This document shows positions 18,079 through 28,955 of a DNA stretch of 64,000 nucleotides, in pieces (position 1 is the stretch's first letter; each line of letters starts with the position of its first letter). This stretch comes from an uncultured Nitrososphaerota archaeon (GTDB lineage: Archaea; Thermoproteota; EX4484-205; JAAOZP01). The notes beneath the pieces were generated by a model. It saw nothing but the letters and a program-made list of their open reading frames with translations. It had not been told where the DNA came from and made no database searches. Position numbers and translations under genes: made by a program. The stretch spans positions 24,484 through 88,483 of the forward strand of contig CAYQCW010000010.1 in the NCBI GenBank assembly GCA_964416155.1, written 5' to 3'.

Positions 18079-19293
18079 ATGGGAGAAGGCGGGACAGTTA
18101 AACTCGCAACAGCTGGTTGCGGAGGAATAGCCCGCGCACACCTCACGGCTTATGCGAAAATCAACGAGAAAGAACCCGGGAAACTCAGGCTTGTCGCCTT
18201 AAACGATGTCTCGAAAGAGGCTGCTGAAGCCTTTGCAGATGAGGCTGAGAAACTCCTCGGCTACAGGCCCCCTGTTTTCCTAGACGTTAGGGAAATGCTG
18301 AGGAAGGCCAAGCCTAGGGCAGTCGACATATGTACACCGCATTCTGAACACCACAGGGTTGCGTTGGAATGCATCAGGTCTGGGGCAGACATTATGGTTG
18401 AGAAACCGCTCGGAGTGACGCTGAGGGCAAGCAGGACGATAATAGCTGCCGGAAGGAAGCACAGGAGGCTTGTTGCGACCGCGGAGAACATACGCCGCGG
18501 AGTGAACCAGAGGACTATGCACTGGCTGATTAACGAGGCAAAGCTGATCGGCAAGCCTAGAATTTTCTACGCGATCCATTCTTCCTGGAACGATCCGTTG
18601 GAACCCAGGAAGTGGCATTGGAGGATTGAGAAGAACCTGAGCGGGGGAGGCCTGGTTTTGGATAGTGGAGCACATTTCTGCGACTCGATGAGGTACTTCT
18701 TCGGAGAGGTGGATAGGGTTTACGCCTTCGTAGGACAGTTTGAAAAATGGCCTCACGATAAGAATGGGGAAACCTTTTACAGCGAGGTGGAGGACAGCTG
18801 GGTTGCGCTAATAACCTTTGAAAACGGTCTCGTTGGAACATGGAGCTGGACAATGGCTGCGCCCGGCCATTCCTTTACAAAGGTTGTTTACTACGGGTCG
18901 GAGGGATGTCTCATAGACTCGGGCGATGTCTTTCACGGTCCTTTCGACAACGCTGTGTTAATTCTAAAAGACGGGACGCAGCGCACCATGACCGAGCTTC
19001 GAGAAGAATTCCTTGAAAGCATAGGCGAGGAGGGGAGGAACAGGCTTTTCCCACATGGCTTTACCGACGGGATTACTCTGGAGTGCTACGATTTTCTCGA
19101 AGCTGTTCAGAAGAGAAGGAGGCCGGAGGTTGACGGCGAAGACGGGATGAGGGCTAAGGCGATAGCTGAAGCAATATACGAGTCGGCTAAACTGCGCGCA
19201 GCTGTAAAGTATAGTGATGTTCTTAACGGGAGGATTTCAAAATATCAGGATCCAATCGACAGGGTAAACGGGCTGTTAAAGAGGAAACGGTAG
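18079..19293 (+). CDS. Gfo/Idh/MocA family oxidoreductase
   Basis: GCGGIA, CTPH..H, VEKP, AEN, GGG..LDSGAH. Confidence 0.9.
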   Translation: MGEGGTVKLATAGCGGIARAHLTAYAKINEKEPGKLRLVALNDVSKEAAEAFADEAEKLLGYRPPVFLDVREMLRKAKPRAVDICTPHSEHHRVALECIRSGADIMVEKPLGVTLRASRTIIAAGRKHRRLVATAENIRRGVNQRTMHWLINEAKLIGKPRIFYAIHSSWNDPLEPRKWHWRIEKNLSGGGLVLDSGAHFCDSMRYFFGEVDRVYAFVGQFEKWPHDKNGETFYSEVEDSWVALITFENGLVGTWSWTMAAPGHSFTKVVYYGSEGCLIDSGDVFHGPFDNAVLILKDGTQRTMTELREEFLESIGEEGRNRLFPHGFTDGITLECYDFLEAVQKRRRPEVDGEDGMRAKAIAEAIYESAKLRAAVKYSDVLNGRISKYQDPIDRVNGLLKRKR

Positions 19294-19298
19294 CCGAG

Positions 19299-20471
19299 TT
19301 ATTCTCCGGCGTTTCTCAGAATGCTCAGGACATCATCCTTGCCCAGCTTCATGAAGCTCCCTATTTTAAAGCGCCCTGAGCCGGTGCATCGGAGGGCCAT
19401 CTCCTCCAACCTATCGCCGCAAACACCCAGTTCCCTGAGCGTCGTCGGAAGCCCTATCTGCTTGAAGAAAGACTTCAGCCTCTCGATGCCTTCGAGCACG
19501 GTTTTCTCAGGATCCTGAAAGTCGGGCTCAACGTTCCAGACTCTAACAGCGAACTGCACGAATATGTCTATGCGATTCCTGTATACATGTCTCATCCAGC
19601 TTGGAAACAATACTGCCAGCCCAGCGCCGTGCGGCACGTCGTATAGGCCGCTGAGCTCATGCTCTATTATGTGCGTAGCCCAATCCCCTATCCGGCCCGT
19701 CCCCAGAAGATCATTGTGCGCAACAGTGCTAGCCCACATTATTTCAGCCCTAGCATCATAGTTCTCAGGCTCCCTTAAGACGATTGAAACATTCCTTATC
19801 ACTGTTTTTAAAGTTGCTTCACAAAGCCTATCCGTTAGATCCGCGTGCAGCACATTGGTGAAGTACCGCTCCATGACGTGAGCCATTATGTCAGCTGCTC
19901 CGCAAGCAGTATGGTAGGGTGGCACTGAAAAAGTAATCTCAGGATTCATCAAAGCGAACTTGGGGCGTAAGAGCTCCGTTGAGAGTGAAAGCTTACGCCA
20001 ATCCTCCTCGTTAGTAATAACGGAGCTGCTGCTAGCCTCACTCCCTGCTCCAGGTATCGTTAAAACAACGCCCACGGGCAATGCTTCCATCGGCTCAGCC
20101 CTGTCAACGTAGAAATCCCATACGTCACCCTTATACGGAACGCCTACGCTTATGGCTTTAGCAGAGTCTATCACGCTCCCACCTCCAACAGCCAGTATGA
20201 AACCTACACCACTACTCCTGCAGACCTCTATTCCTTTTCTAACAAGGCTTAGACGAGGATTAGGCTTAACACCCGGAAGCTCAATAAAACTGACGCCTGC
20301 ACTCTTCAAAGATTCCACAATCTTGTCGTAGAGACCGATTCTCTTTATGCTTCCACCACCGTAGTGGAAAAGAACCTTATCGCCGTATTTCTTCACCTCT
20401 TCCCCAACCAGATTTTCAACACCCCTGCCGAAAACGATTTTAGTAGGACATTGAAACTGGAAGCCTTCCAT
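19299..20471 (-). CDS. Iron-containing alcohol dehydrogenase (BdhA/YqhD-like)
   Basis: F..PTKIVFG, GGGSVID, DIMAH, WATH..EH, HGAG. Start moved to ATG 20471. Confidence 0.9.
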   Translation of the reverse strand: MEGFQFQCPTKIVFGRGVENLVGEEVKKYGDKVLFHYGGGSIKRIGLYDKIVESLKSAGVSFIELPGVKPNPRLSLVRKGIEVCRSSGVGFILAVGGGSVIDSAKAISVGVPYKGDVWDFYVDRAEPMEALPVGVVLTIPGAGSEASSSSVITNEEDWRKLSLSTELLRPKFALMNPEITFSVPPYHTACGAADIMAHVMERYFTNVLHADLTDRLCEATLKTVIRNVSIVLREPENYDARAEIMWASTVAHNDLLGTGRIGDWATHIIEHELSGLYDVPHGAGLAVLFPSWMRHVYRNRIDIFVQFAVRVWNVEPDFQDPEKTVLEGIERLKSFFKQIGLPTTLRELGVCGDRLEEMALRCTGSGRFKIGSFMKLGKDDVLSILRNAGE

Positions 20472-20601
20472 GAGGAAAGTTTTCTTCAAACAGGCTTTTA
20501 ACCTTTTTTCACCGGCTTCGATGCTAATAAGCTTAGCATAGGCGCTTTCATAGTAAAACATTTTTATTAGGATTGCAGGGTTAATGTAGGAGGCTGAGAA
20601 C

Positions 20602-21081
20602 ATGGTTAAAATCTTAATACTTTACTATTCTCGAGGGGGGAACGTTGAAACCTTGGCTAAGGCGGTTGCCCAAGGTGTGGAGAAGGTTGAAGAAGCCACT
20701 GCTGAGCTGAAACGCGTAGACTACGCTACTGTTGAAGACCTTATATCGTGCGACGCTGTAGCATTCGGCTCACCCAACTACTTTGGCTACATGGCGGGAT
20801 TATTGAAGGATTTCTTCGACAGAGCCTGGAGCGTAAGGGAGAAGACTTCGGGGAAACCGGCGGCCGCATTCACATGCGGCGGCAGCTCAAGCGACTCAGC
20901 GTTGCTAAGCATAGAGAGGATTTTCCCGGCTTTCAAAATGGAGAAGGCTGCTGGAGGCGTTGTCTGGGGTCTTAGGGAGAAAGGATCACCGTTTGAAAAA
21001 GACTTGTCTGAGTTAAAGAGGCTTGGAGAGGCTCTGGCTAAAGCAGCCGTTGAAAGAAAAACAAGGACGCCAGAGGACTGA
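20602..21081 (+). CDS. Flavodoxin family protein (WrbA-like)
   Basis: YYSRGGN, FGSPNYFG, AAAFT motifs. Confidence 0.85.
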   Translation: MVKILILYYSRGGNVETLAKAVAQGVEKVEEATAELKRVDYATVEDLISCDAVAFGSPNYFGYMAGLLKDFFDRAWSVREKTSGKPAAAFTCGGSSSDSALLSIERIFPAFKMEKAAGGVVWGLREKGSPFEKDLSELKRLGEALAKAAVERKTRTPED

Positions 21082-21347
21082 CAGCATGAAACCTTTAAGA
21101 GGAAACCGGTAATATTTTAGTGCAAGCTATCCCCATAATTTTTGTTTCCGAAACCAGCGTATTTGCTCAGACTCCCCGTCTCAATGTTTTTTCAAGAAAT
21201 AAAAAGGATCGTGAGCCGCATGTTTTAACATGGAGAACCATGGGCAAGAACAGTAAGTCAGTTTAAAGCGGAAAGGGTTCGCTGAACAATACGCTTACAG
21301 GCAGCGTGGAGGAAAAAACATATATGCTTAAGAAGAAGCGAGCCCAC

Positions 21348-23075
21348 ATGGGATCAGCGAGAACAAGCTGTCTGGCATTGATTGTTTTAGCCGCTGTTTT
21401 CCTTATGGGAACAGCCGCAGCATTCGTAATAAACAACGACTTCGGAAGGCTTGAAGGAAAAACCGTTGCGATACTTGATGGCGAACACTACATAAGCGGG
21501 GTGCTGTACCGTCCGCTCGCAGCCACCGAGAAAAACCCTTTGCCGGCCGTAGTCCTTGTGCACGGTATCAGTAGTGGTAAAGAATCCATGAGCAGCATAG
21601 CGTTGGAACTTGCCAGAAGAGGTTTCGTCGCATTATCGATAGATGTTGTGGGCCACGGTGACTCCGGCGGTAGGCTCAGTGCAACCAAGGATCCCAGCCT
21701 CGGGGCTCTTGCAGCCTTAAGATACGTTGAAACTTTGCCGTATGTAGACGCTTCTTCGCTCGGCCTCGTAGGGCACAGCTTAGGGGCGGGGGCAGCCAGG
21801 GCTGCGGCCGCTGCCCACCGGGGGGTTAAAGCAACAGTGCTCATAGCGGGAGGCTTAGGCGGGGCGGCTTCCAACCCCTTGGCATACGGGGTTTTGAACA
21901 CTACTTTCCCAAAGAACTTGATGGTAGCCATAGGCAGGCAGGACGTGCTTTTCAACCTTAACCAGGTTACTGGAGAATGGCTACCCACGGTTTTCGGGGT
22001 TCCCGAAGTCTCTCCTGGAAGACTATACGGCGATTTCACCTCTGGAACCGCAAGGAAACTAGTGGCCCCGGCTACAACCCATCTGCTTGAACCCCTTGAC
22101 CCTACTATTGTTTCTGAAACAGTTGTCTGGATGAACAGCGCTCTCAAGCCTGGTGAAGCCAGCCTAATCGGGAAGCTGGAAGAAGGCTTGACATATCCCT
22201 ACCGTGAAACAATGATGCTCCTGAGCTTTTTCTCACTGGTTGGTTTAACCTTCCCGGTTTCCATGTTAATCTCGCCGCACAAGTCTTCGAATAAGAGTAG
22301 TATTGAGCATGGTTCTCTTAAAGACTGGAGGATTATGGTTATTTGGGGGGCTCTTAGCATAGCGCTGCTCCTACCAACGTTCATACTGGGTTTCAGCCTA
22401 CCCTTACCACCGGTTTTATTCGGCTCGTCTATCGCCTGGTGGTTGCTCATGGTTGCTATAGCCGGTGTTTTCCTCATCCTGTTCGTCATGCCTAGGTTCT
22501 CAGGCGTTAGGCTGAGAATGAGAATCCTGGCATCAGAATCCTTCACGCGGCGGGGAGTCTCAGCTGCAGTAAGCCTGTTCCTAATGCTGTACATCATTGT
22601 TTACCTTATAGAACTATTATTAGGCATGAAACTCTGGATTTTCATACCCGTTTTCAGAGTTCTCAGTTTTCCAGCCAGAATCAGCCTGTTCCTAACCTTC
22701 ACACCGTTTTTCCTATTCTTCTTCTACGTCGAGGGAATTTACCTGCATGTTCTGCGCAGGGGGAGTGGTAAAAAAGGGTTCCTCCCGGAAGCCGTGGAGA
22801 TGGGTCGAACCATCGGGGTAAAGATTGCGCCCTACATTCTCGTAATGGGAACACAGTATATCCCAATGTTCCTGTTCGAGATTAAGCCACTCACCTCTTT
22901 CCTCGGCTTCCTAATAGAGTTCCTTCCGCTCATAACTGTGCAATTCATCATCTCAACCGCATGCTCATGGTGGCTTCACCGGGTTACCTTATCCATAGGC
23001 ACGGGCACAGTTTTCAACGCGCTCCTCTTCGCCTGGGTTTCAGCAGGAGTTTTCCCCTTCGGAGCACTAGGTTAA
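21348..23075 (+). CDS. Membrane alpha/beta-hydrolase with C-terminal multi-TM domain
   Basis: VLVHG, GHGDS, GHSLG nucleophile elbow, catalytic Asp/His candidates (RQD, TTH), about 8 C-terminal TM helices. Confidence 0.85.
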   Translation: MGSARTSCLALIVLAAVFLMGTAAAFVINNDFGRLEGKTVAILDGEHYISGVLYRPLAATEKNPLPAVVLVHGISSGKESMSSIALELARRGFVALSIDVVGHGDSGGRLSATKDPSLGALAALRYVETLPYVDASSLGLVGHSLGAGAARAAAAAHRGVKATVLIAGGLGGAASNPLAYGVLNTTFPKNLMVAIGRQDVLFNLNQVTGEWLPTVFGVPEVSPGRLYGDFTSGTARKLVAPATTHLLEPLDPTIVSETVVWMNSALKPGEASLIGKLEEGLTYPYRETMMLLSFFSLVGLTFPVSMLISPHKSSNKSSIEHGSLKDWRIMVIWGALSIALLLPTFILGFSLPLPPVLFGSSIAWWLLMVAIAGVFLILFVMPRFSGVRLRMRILASESFTRRGVSAAVSLFLMLYIIVYLIELLLGMKLWIFIPVFRVLSFPARISLFLTFTPFFLFFFYVEGIYLHVLRRGSGKKGFLPEAVEMGRTIGVKIAPYILVMGTQYIPMFLFEIKPLTSFLGFLIEFLPLITVQFIISTACSWWLHRVTLSIGTGTVFNALLFAWVSAGVFPFGALG

Positions 23076-23094
23076 CAACCGGCCAGACACAAAA

Positions 23095-23230
23095 TGAGTT
23101 ACTTCAAGGCATTTGGAATTAAGACGTTTCCCGAGGAAAAAGGGTTAGCGTACTGCGATTATGCTCATTACCTGTGAAAAAATAATCAGTTTAAGCATGA
23201 TAAGCAACATATGCGTTATCCCGAGGGCGT
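23095..23230 (+). pseudogene. Possible remnant of a DUF3795-like Cys-rich protein (C-terminal half)
   Basis: GIKTF.EEKGLAYCD followed by a shifted PCEKI-like segment; weak similarity. Confidence 0.3.
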
Positions 23231-23545
23231 TTATAATTCAACCCTCGGAGAAGGGGCGTGAGCTATGGCTGAAAAGCAACATGCACCCCGATTACGGCGA
23301 GCAATGCTTTTTAAAGTTATTACCCCAAACCTCTAAAGCTTTTGCCCAGAATGTGAATACACCCTGCCCATAGTCCTCAAATATTTCTTGATAATCATGT
23401 CCTGCTCCCTTTGCCGTGACAAATTAGTGTCCAACATTCAGCTTTTTAACCACTCACGATACTCGTGCAAAGCTTGTAGTAACTTGAACCATATTCGCCG
23501 CGCGTTAACCTAATACCCGATCTTCCCAGTCTTCTGGGAGAAACT

Positions 23546-24508
23546 CTAGCCATTTTCCAACTCACCCCTGTTTCCCACCGACGGTATGAGCGCGTTTAAA
23601 ACTGGTTCAACCCAACTATTGTTCGGAATATCGTAAAGTATGAAGTCGCTGTCGAACTGCCAGTATGCCCAGCTCCAACCCTTCTCCTCAGCCAGCCTAG
23701 CCACGAAACCCAAGTATCTTACCCTGGAAGCCATATCCGCCCTGTCGTATACTCCGAACTCTCCTAGGAAAATAGGCCTGTCATGCTTCTCAGACCATGC
23801 TTGAACCTTCTCGAAATCACGTATGATTGCCGTCTTCTCCTCCGGGGAGCCCGCCCACCTTACTCCAACCTTGTTCTCGCGGCCAGCCCATTTAGCACCC
23901 TGATGCGTGAAATCCATAGGCTCATAGTAGTGCACGGTCACAATTATATTCCTGTCTTCCTCCGGGAGAACCAGCTTGTCGAGGCCCGTTATGCTGTTCC
24001 AGAGGGCTGGGCCTATTATCACAGTCCTATCCGGGTTAGTCCTACGCACCGTTCTAAGAACATCCGTGAGAAGACGGTTCCAGAGCTCAGGCGTAAGCTC
24101 CCCGTTAGGCTCGTTTAGAAGCTCGAAAACCACCCCGTCAGGATAATTACTGTAGATTTTCCCGATTTGATCCCAGAAGGCGAGTAGCCTCCCCATGTTT
24201 CCAAACGGATCCCTACCCATGATTATGAACTCGTGGAAATCGATTATCGGCATCAGCCAGTTGCCTAAAGCCTGTTCAACCGCCCAATCCAAGGTTTCAA
24301 GCCATTCCTCCGAAAGCCGGTTTCCCTCAACCATAGCCGCGTCGCGGAAAGGATGGAGAGCGATGCGTACACTGTTGAAGCCGACACTCGCTATCAGCCT
24401 GAAATGTTCACTCCTCATCCTTCCCGTAAACCTGTTTTTCCAAACCGGGTCGTAACCAAGTATGTTAACACCCCTGCCAAGCCGCTCATTCTGCTTAAAC
24501 ACATCCAT
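23546..24508 (-). CDS. Glycoside hydrolase family 5 endoglucanase (Thermotoga Cel5A-like), no signal peptide
   Basis: RGVN, ELLNEP (acid/base), HYY..FTHQGA, FLGEFG (nucleophile), WAYW. Start moved to ATG 24508. Confidence 0.9.
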   Translation of the reverse strand: MDVFKQNERLGRGVNILGYDPVWKNRFTGRMRSEHFRLIASVGFNSVRIALHPFRDAAMVEGNRLSEEWLETLDWAVEQALGNWLMPIIDFHEFIIMGRDPFGNMGRLLAFWDQIGKIYSNYPDGVVFELLNEPNGELTPELWNRLLTDVLRTVRRTNPDRTVIIGPALWNSITGLDKLVLPEEDRNIIVTVHYYEPMDFTHQGAKWAGRENKVGVRWAGSPEEKTAIIRDFEKVQAWSEKHDRPIFLGEFGVYDRADMASRVRYLGFVARLAEEKGWSWAYWQFDSDFILYDIPNNSWVEPVLNALIPSVGNRGELENG

Positions 24509-24533
24509 TTTAATCAACTCCAGTACCTCATGC

Positions 24534-26270
24534 TCACCACTCAACCTTAAAAGCCCTGTAGGACGAGGGGGACAGGTAGACTTGGAACACTGTTTCACCG
24601 TTCCTCTCAAAACCTTTTAATGCTTCCTCGGAAGTAAGCTCTCGCAGCTTCAAACCCCTACCCTTAACAACAACGTTAACCCTAGAAGGATGAGGCAGGA
24701 AAGAATGTAGAATTAAAGCATCGTTGTCGTAAAGGAAAATGCAGACCCTGCTCGGTCCTTCAAGGCTTATTTTCAGATTCTTCGAGAAGGCTCTTCTAAT
24801 ACTGTTTAAAACCGGGGGCGGGAGATGGTATAGGTCGCTAAAGTTATCCGGTATTGTAAGAATGTAAAGCGTTCCTCTACCATAGTTCGTGAGCATGAGT
24901 AAAGGGTACCCGTTGCCCCTGCTTAAACATGTAATGACCTCCCAAACATCGTTAGTCGGATATTTGAGATGCGGGATAAGGATTTCCACATCCGAGTGGT
25001 AAACGTCTTCGAAAAGAAAGAAGCCCAGGGAGAAGTCTTTAACAAGTATTTTACCACCGGTATACTCAACCTCGGCGAGCTCCCTTACCACCTTATCCTG
25101 CATCGCCCTGAGAAAGCCGGATGTAATAATAACATCCCCGCCTTTAACAAGATGCTTCTTGATTTTCCCCATTATCCCGCCGTCAAACTCGGCGCATTCG
25201 GTTAGGAACACGGTTTCACCGGATTCAGGAAAACTTGGAGTCATCTCGATAGGGACTCCTAGCATGCCTATGTAGCTCGGAAGGAAATCCTCGCCGGACG
25301 AGTTGAACGGCTTATAGCTTTTAACACCATAAGGGTTGCCGAGTCTTCCAGCGAGAAAATCCATCTCTTCAAAGACGCTTCCAACTACTGGCGCGAGAAT
25401 GCTCATAGGAGTTTTCACTCCCTCCTTTTTCAAAGACTCAAGCAGGGCACTGTAGCAGAAGAGCGTCACCTCCCTTGCTTTAGCGAAGACCGTCAGCCTT
25501 ATTTGCTCCGCGTAACGGTCAAGAGTCCTCCTGGCAAATGGATCAATCCAGCCGCCGCCGTTTAAACCTGGCTTAACATTCTCCAGAAACCTCATTATAG
25601 CGTAGCTCTGATACTCCTGAAGGTGTTGATGAGTATACTCTGAGTCTCTCGTCTCAGTGCCCGTGTAAACCATGTCGAAAAGCCGCGATTCGAAATCGAG
25701 ACTATAGCCGAGAAACTGATAATGCTCAAACCAGTTTGGATACTTTATTACCAGCCTAACCTTGGGGTTAACCTCCTTCGCTGTTTTAAAGATGATGGTT
25801 TGCGCAACATCCTCCATAGTCTTCAAACGGTACTCGGTCCAGTTTCTATCACCCTTGGCTTCAACGCATGCTTCACACTTGCAGCTTGTGAAGAGCCAGT
25901 CGTCCAAGATTATCTCGTCGAATAATTCAGCAGTATACTTGACAATGTGTTCAAGCATTTCCCTGTCACCGGGCTTCGAGTAGCAGAGAGATTGACCGCG
26001 CGGACCATTAGTGGCTATTCCCCCCGATGTCTCGACACCCTTATCTTTGAAAAACGATTTAACCTTCTGCATTAAGCCTCTATCCACCAGGGTGTCGCTG
26101 CCAAAGGCCTCAATGTAGACCTTGTCAAAGAGAATACTCGTGTTCAAAACCTTGAAACTGTTTTCCAGCCAGGTTGAATCAGCCATATTATTCAAGTCGT
26201 GAACCGTGCAGTAGACTGCAACCTTAAAATTCCCACATTTTCCTCCAACACCCATAAGCTCTTGAAACAC
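24534..26270 (-). CDS. Conserved hypothetical protein, probable glycoside-hydrolase-like TIM barrel plus trimerisation-type domain
   Basis: FDEIILDD, KYPNW.E.Y, TGTETRD, GGWID motifs; co-oriented with the GH5 gene. Confidence 0.65.
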   Translation of the reverse strand: MFQELMGVGGKCGNFKVAVYCTVHDLNNMADSTWLENSFKVLNTSILFDKVYIEAFGSDTLVDRGLMQKVKSFFKDKGVETSGGIATNGPRGQSLCYSKPGDREMLEHIVKYTAELFDEIILDDWLFTSCKCEACVEAKGDRNWTEYRLKTMEDVAQTIIFKTAKEVNPKVRLVIKYPNWFEHYQFLGYSLDFESRLFDMVYTGTETRDSEYTHQHLQEYQSYAIMRFLENVKPGLNGGGWIDPFARRTLDRYAEQIRLTVFAKAREVTLFCYSALLESLKKEGVKTPMSILAPVVGSVFEEMDFLAGRLGNPYGVKSYKPFNSSGEDFLPSYIGMLGVPIEMTPSFPESGETVFLTECAEFDGGIMGKIKKHLVKGGDVIITSGFLRAMQDKVVRELAEVEYTGGKILVKDFSLGFFLFEDVYHSDVEILIPHLKYPTNDVWEVITCLSRGNGYPLLMLTNYGRGTLYILTIPDNFSDLYHLPPPVLNSIRRAFSKNLKISLEGPSRVCIFLYDNDALILHSFLPHPSRVNVVVKGRGLKLRELTSEEALKGFERNGETVFQVYLSPSSYRAFKVEW

Positions 26271-26368
26271 TCTTAATACTTATACTTTATTCTTGTTACA
26301 AAACTGTCAAAAGGCTTTAGGGAAAAGCCTTATAAGGATTTTTGACTTAAAGAGGAACAGTAGAAGAA

Positions 26369-27532
26369 GTGGGGGGAAAGCCTTCGTTCAAACACATAGT
26401 AACATCGACCCAAATACTGCTGGCTCTAATCATAATACTGCCAATAGTCGTAAGCCTATGGTTAGTTCTCACATATCCCCCAGCTTGTTCAAACTGCTTC
26501 CCGGAATTGAAGAAGACGGAGCAATACTGATCACGGTAGGATAAGAAACGTTTGAAACGTTGATTGTTAAAATCCACTATCCTTCTGAAATAGCTAGGAT
26601 AATGGAGAATAGGATATGGAGCGAGGCCAAAGGCAACTGTTTGACTGCAAAAATAGGGGAAGGCCTCAGGATAGAGTGGCACGACGATGTGGTTACAGCG
26701 AGTATGATTAATGGTACAGAGCATGTTTTTAACATAAGGGGGTTGAGGAGAAGGTTGGAGCAAATAAAACTGGCTGTAAACAACACTTCTGTAGAGGCAA
26801 CGATCAATGCTCTAAACCTATCCTACTCGAGGCTGAGGAACCTGCCTGAAGATTTTAAGAATAGGGTGATCACGAACATAGAGAACCAGTCTTTCATCAA
26901 ATGGCTTAGGGAAGAAGGCTTCACCCACAGTGTTGAAAGCGTTAGACTATGGGGAGCATTAGGAGGATGGGACAGAACTTCGAATGTGGAAATAGAACTG
27001 CTGGTTGAGGGAGTTGAAGCATCATGCAGCCTAATCCTTAATAAAACCTACAAGGTGGCGTCTAATTCTAATGCATCCAGGGAACTGCAGGTATCCCTTG
27101 GGAGAGCAATAAGACCAATGGATTTTGCATATATGTTTATAAATATGATGATGGATTCATAGTGGCCACAATGGTGGAATCCAAAAATCCGATTACACAG
27201 GATATACTCGCAACATGGGTGAAGCATGGTTAAAGAACAGATCGTCAAACATTTGGATCTCGCCGAACATATACGTAAGAACTTCGATTATCAGTGCGAC
27301 GAGCGAGCTGGGGCAGAGGATCATGCAGATATTAAGCAGCAATAGGCTTACAGGTAGGCTTATAGAATCCAGGTGGGAGGTAACCCTAATTATGACTGAG
27401 AAGTATCCTTTCGATCAAACGAGCCGGTACTTCGCATATTTTCACCATGTTGAAAAAGGAATAGTTTTAGATGCGAAGATTAATCCTGACGCCGGAAGGA
27501 TTGAGAAAATATCTTTCATCGCTGAAGAATAA
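26369..27532 (+). pseudogene. Decayed gene for a membrane-anchored extracellular protein (fragments 26560..27162 and 27215..27532)
   Basis: GTG 26369 gives a signal anchor (ILLALIIILPIVVSLWLVL). A shift near the C-run at about 26480 leads into a frame with TAA at 26542 that is in frame with the 26560 ORF. Further shifts occur near 27150-27300. Confidence 0.5.
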
Positions 27533-27566
27533 GATTTTTAAAGATTTTCAGCAGAGAAGTTTAGAG

Positions 27567-28955
27567 ATGGCTCTACTTGAGAAGAGGCTTGAAACATACA
27601 TTTTATTGTCCGGCTTACTTTTTACAGCCGTATTCTGCTTTGTAAGCATGAAAGGAGAGTGTGAGCGGATGCAGCTGGCCTACGATTATTGGTTGGAAGA
27701 AGCAGTCGCGGAATCCGAGATGCGTAGAGGAATAAACATTGGAAACGCTTTGGAAGCACCTAGGGAGGGAGACTGGGGGGTTTACATTAGGGACGAGTAT
27801 TTCAGGATAATAAGGGAAGCTGGCTTCGACACTGTTCGAATACCAATAAGATGGTCAGCCCACGCTGAGAACAATCCGCCCTATAGGATCGACGAAGACT
27901 TTTTCAACAGGGTGGATTGGGTTGTGAACAAGTCCCTGGAACAGGATCTCACAACCATAATAAACATTCATCACTACGAGGAGATAATGCAAGACCCCTT
28001 GGGTCAAATGGATCGTTTCATAGCCTTGTGGAGCCAGATATCTGAGCACTATAAGGATTACCCTGAAAAACTTTACTTCGAGCTTCTTAACGAGCCTTAC
28101 GGCAAGCTGACTGATGAGAAGTGGAACATGCTTCTCAGGAAGACTGTTGAAATAATAAGAAGGACTAACCCTACTAGAAAAATAATCATAGGTCCAACAG
28201 GGTGGAACAGCGTTTACAATCTTAAGGGACTGGTTATCCCTGAGGATGAGAACATTATCGTCACCTTCCACTTTTACACTCCCTTCGAATTTACCCATCA
28301 AGGGGCGGAATGGGTCAACCCCTCTCCAACCGTCGGCAGGAAATGGCTTGGAACCAAGGATGAGAAGAAACAGATTACGGATGAGTTGAACATGGCTGTC
28401 GAATGGGCAACTCAGCACGGTAACGTTTCCCTCTTCATGGGCGAGTTCGGAGCATACAGTAAAGCAGACATGGGTTCAAGAGTAAGATGGACACATTTCG
28501 TCGCGAGAGAGGCGGAGAAGAGGGGAATAGCCTGGTGCTACTGGGAATTCTGCGCAGGCTTCGGAGCCTACGACCCGGATAAGGGGGAGTGGAGAACAGA
28601 GCTTTTAAACGCGTTAATCTCTGAGAAGCATTACGTTACTGTGGAGACTGAGTATGGAAACGCTTTTGGCACAGGCTGGTACGACAAGGATACTTACGCA
28701 CTCATAGGGATTAATGCTACAAGCTGGGGCTTCTATGTTTTCGACCATTTTGAAGGACTAGGCCCTATGGACAGAATGATAGACGAAAGGACTGTTGAAA
28801 TCTACGTCGACGGACCCAGGATGATAAAGGCTGTTTGGAGAATAGACTATGTTAAACCGTTAACAGTAGTCTTAACATGTTTCGCCGCATGTGTAGCAGT
28901 AACCCTGTATAAAAAGCGAGCCTTAAAAGCCTTTCAGAATCAACCCGCCCCGTGA
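27567..28955 (+). CDS. Surface-anchored glycoside hydrolase family 5 endoglucanase
   Basis: N-terminal TM, RGINIGNALE, ELLNEP, FMGEFG, small beta domain, C-terminal TM plus KKR. Confidence 0.9.
   Translation: MALLEKRLETYILLSGLLFTAVFCFVSMKGECERMQLAYDYWLEEAVAESEMRRGINIGNALEAPREGDWGVYIRDEYFRIIREAGFDTVRIPIRWSAHAENNPPYRIDEDFFNRVDWVVNKSLEQDLTTIINIHHYEEIMQDPLGQMDRFIALWSQISEHYKDYPEKLYFELLNEPYGKLTDEKWNMLLRKTVEIIRRTNPTRKIIIGPTGWNSVYNLKGLVIPEDENIIVTFHFYTPFEFTHQGAEWVNPSPTVGRKWLGTKDEKKQITDELNMAVEWATQHGNVSLFMGEFGAYSKADMGSRVRWTHFVAREAEKRGIAWCYWEFCAGFGAYDPDKGEWRTELLNALISEKHYVTVETEYGNAFGTGWYDKDTYALIGINATSWGFYVFDHFEGLGPMDRMIDERTVEIYVDGPRMIKAVWRIDYVKPLTVVLTCFAACVAVTLYKKRALKAFQNQPAP

Noticed and set aside
21488-22147. 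Long antisense ORFs (for example 219 aa here, 40610..41221, 27855..28418)
   Set aside because: They are shadows of well-supported genes on the other strand and have no motifs of their own.
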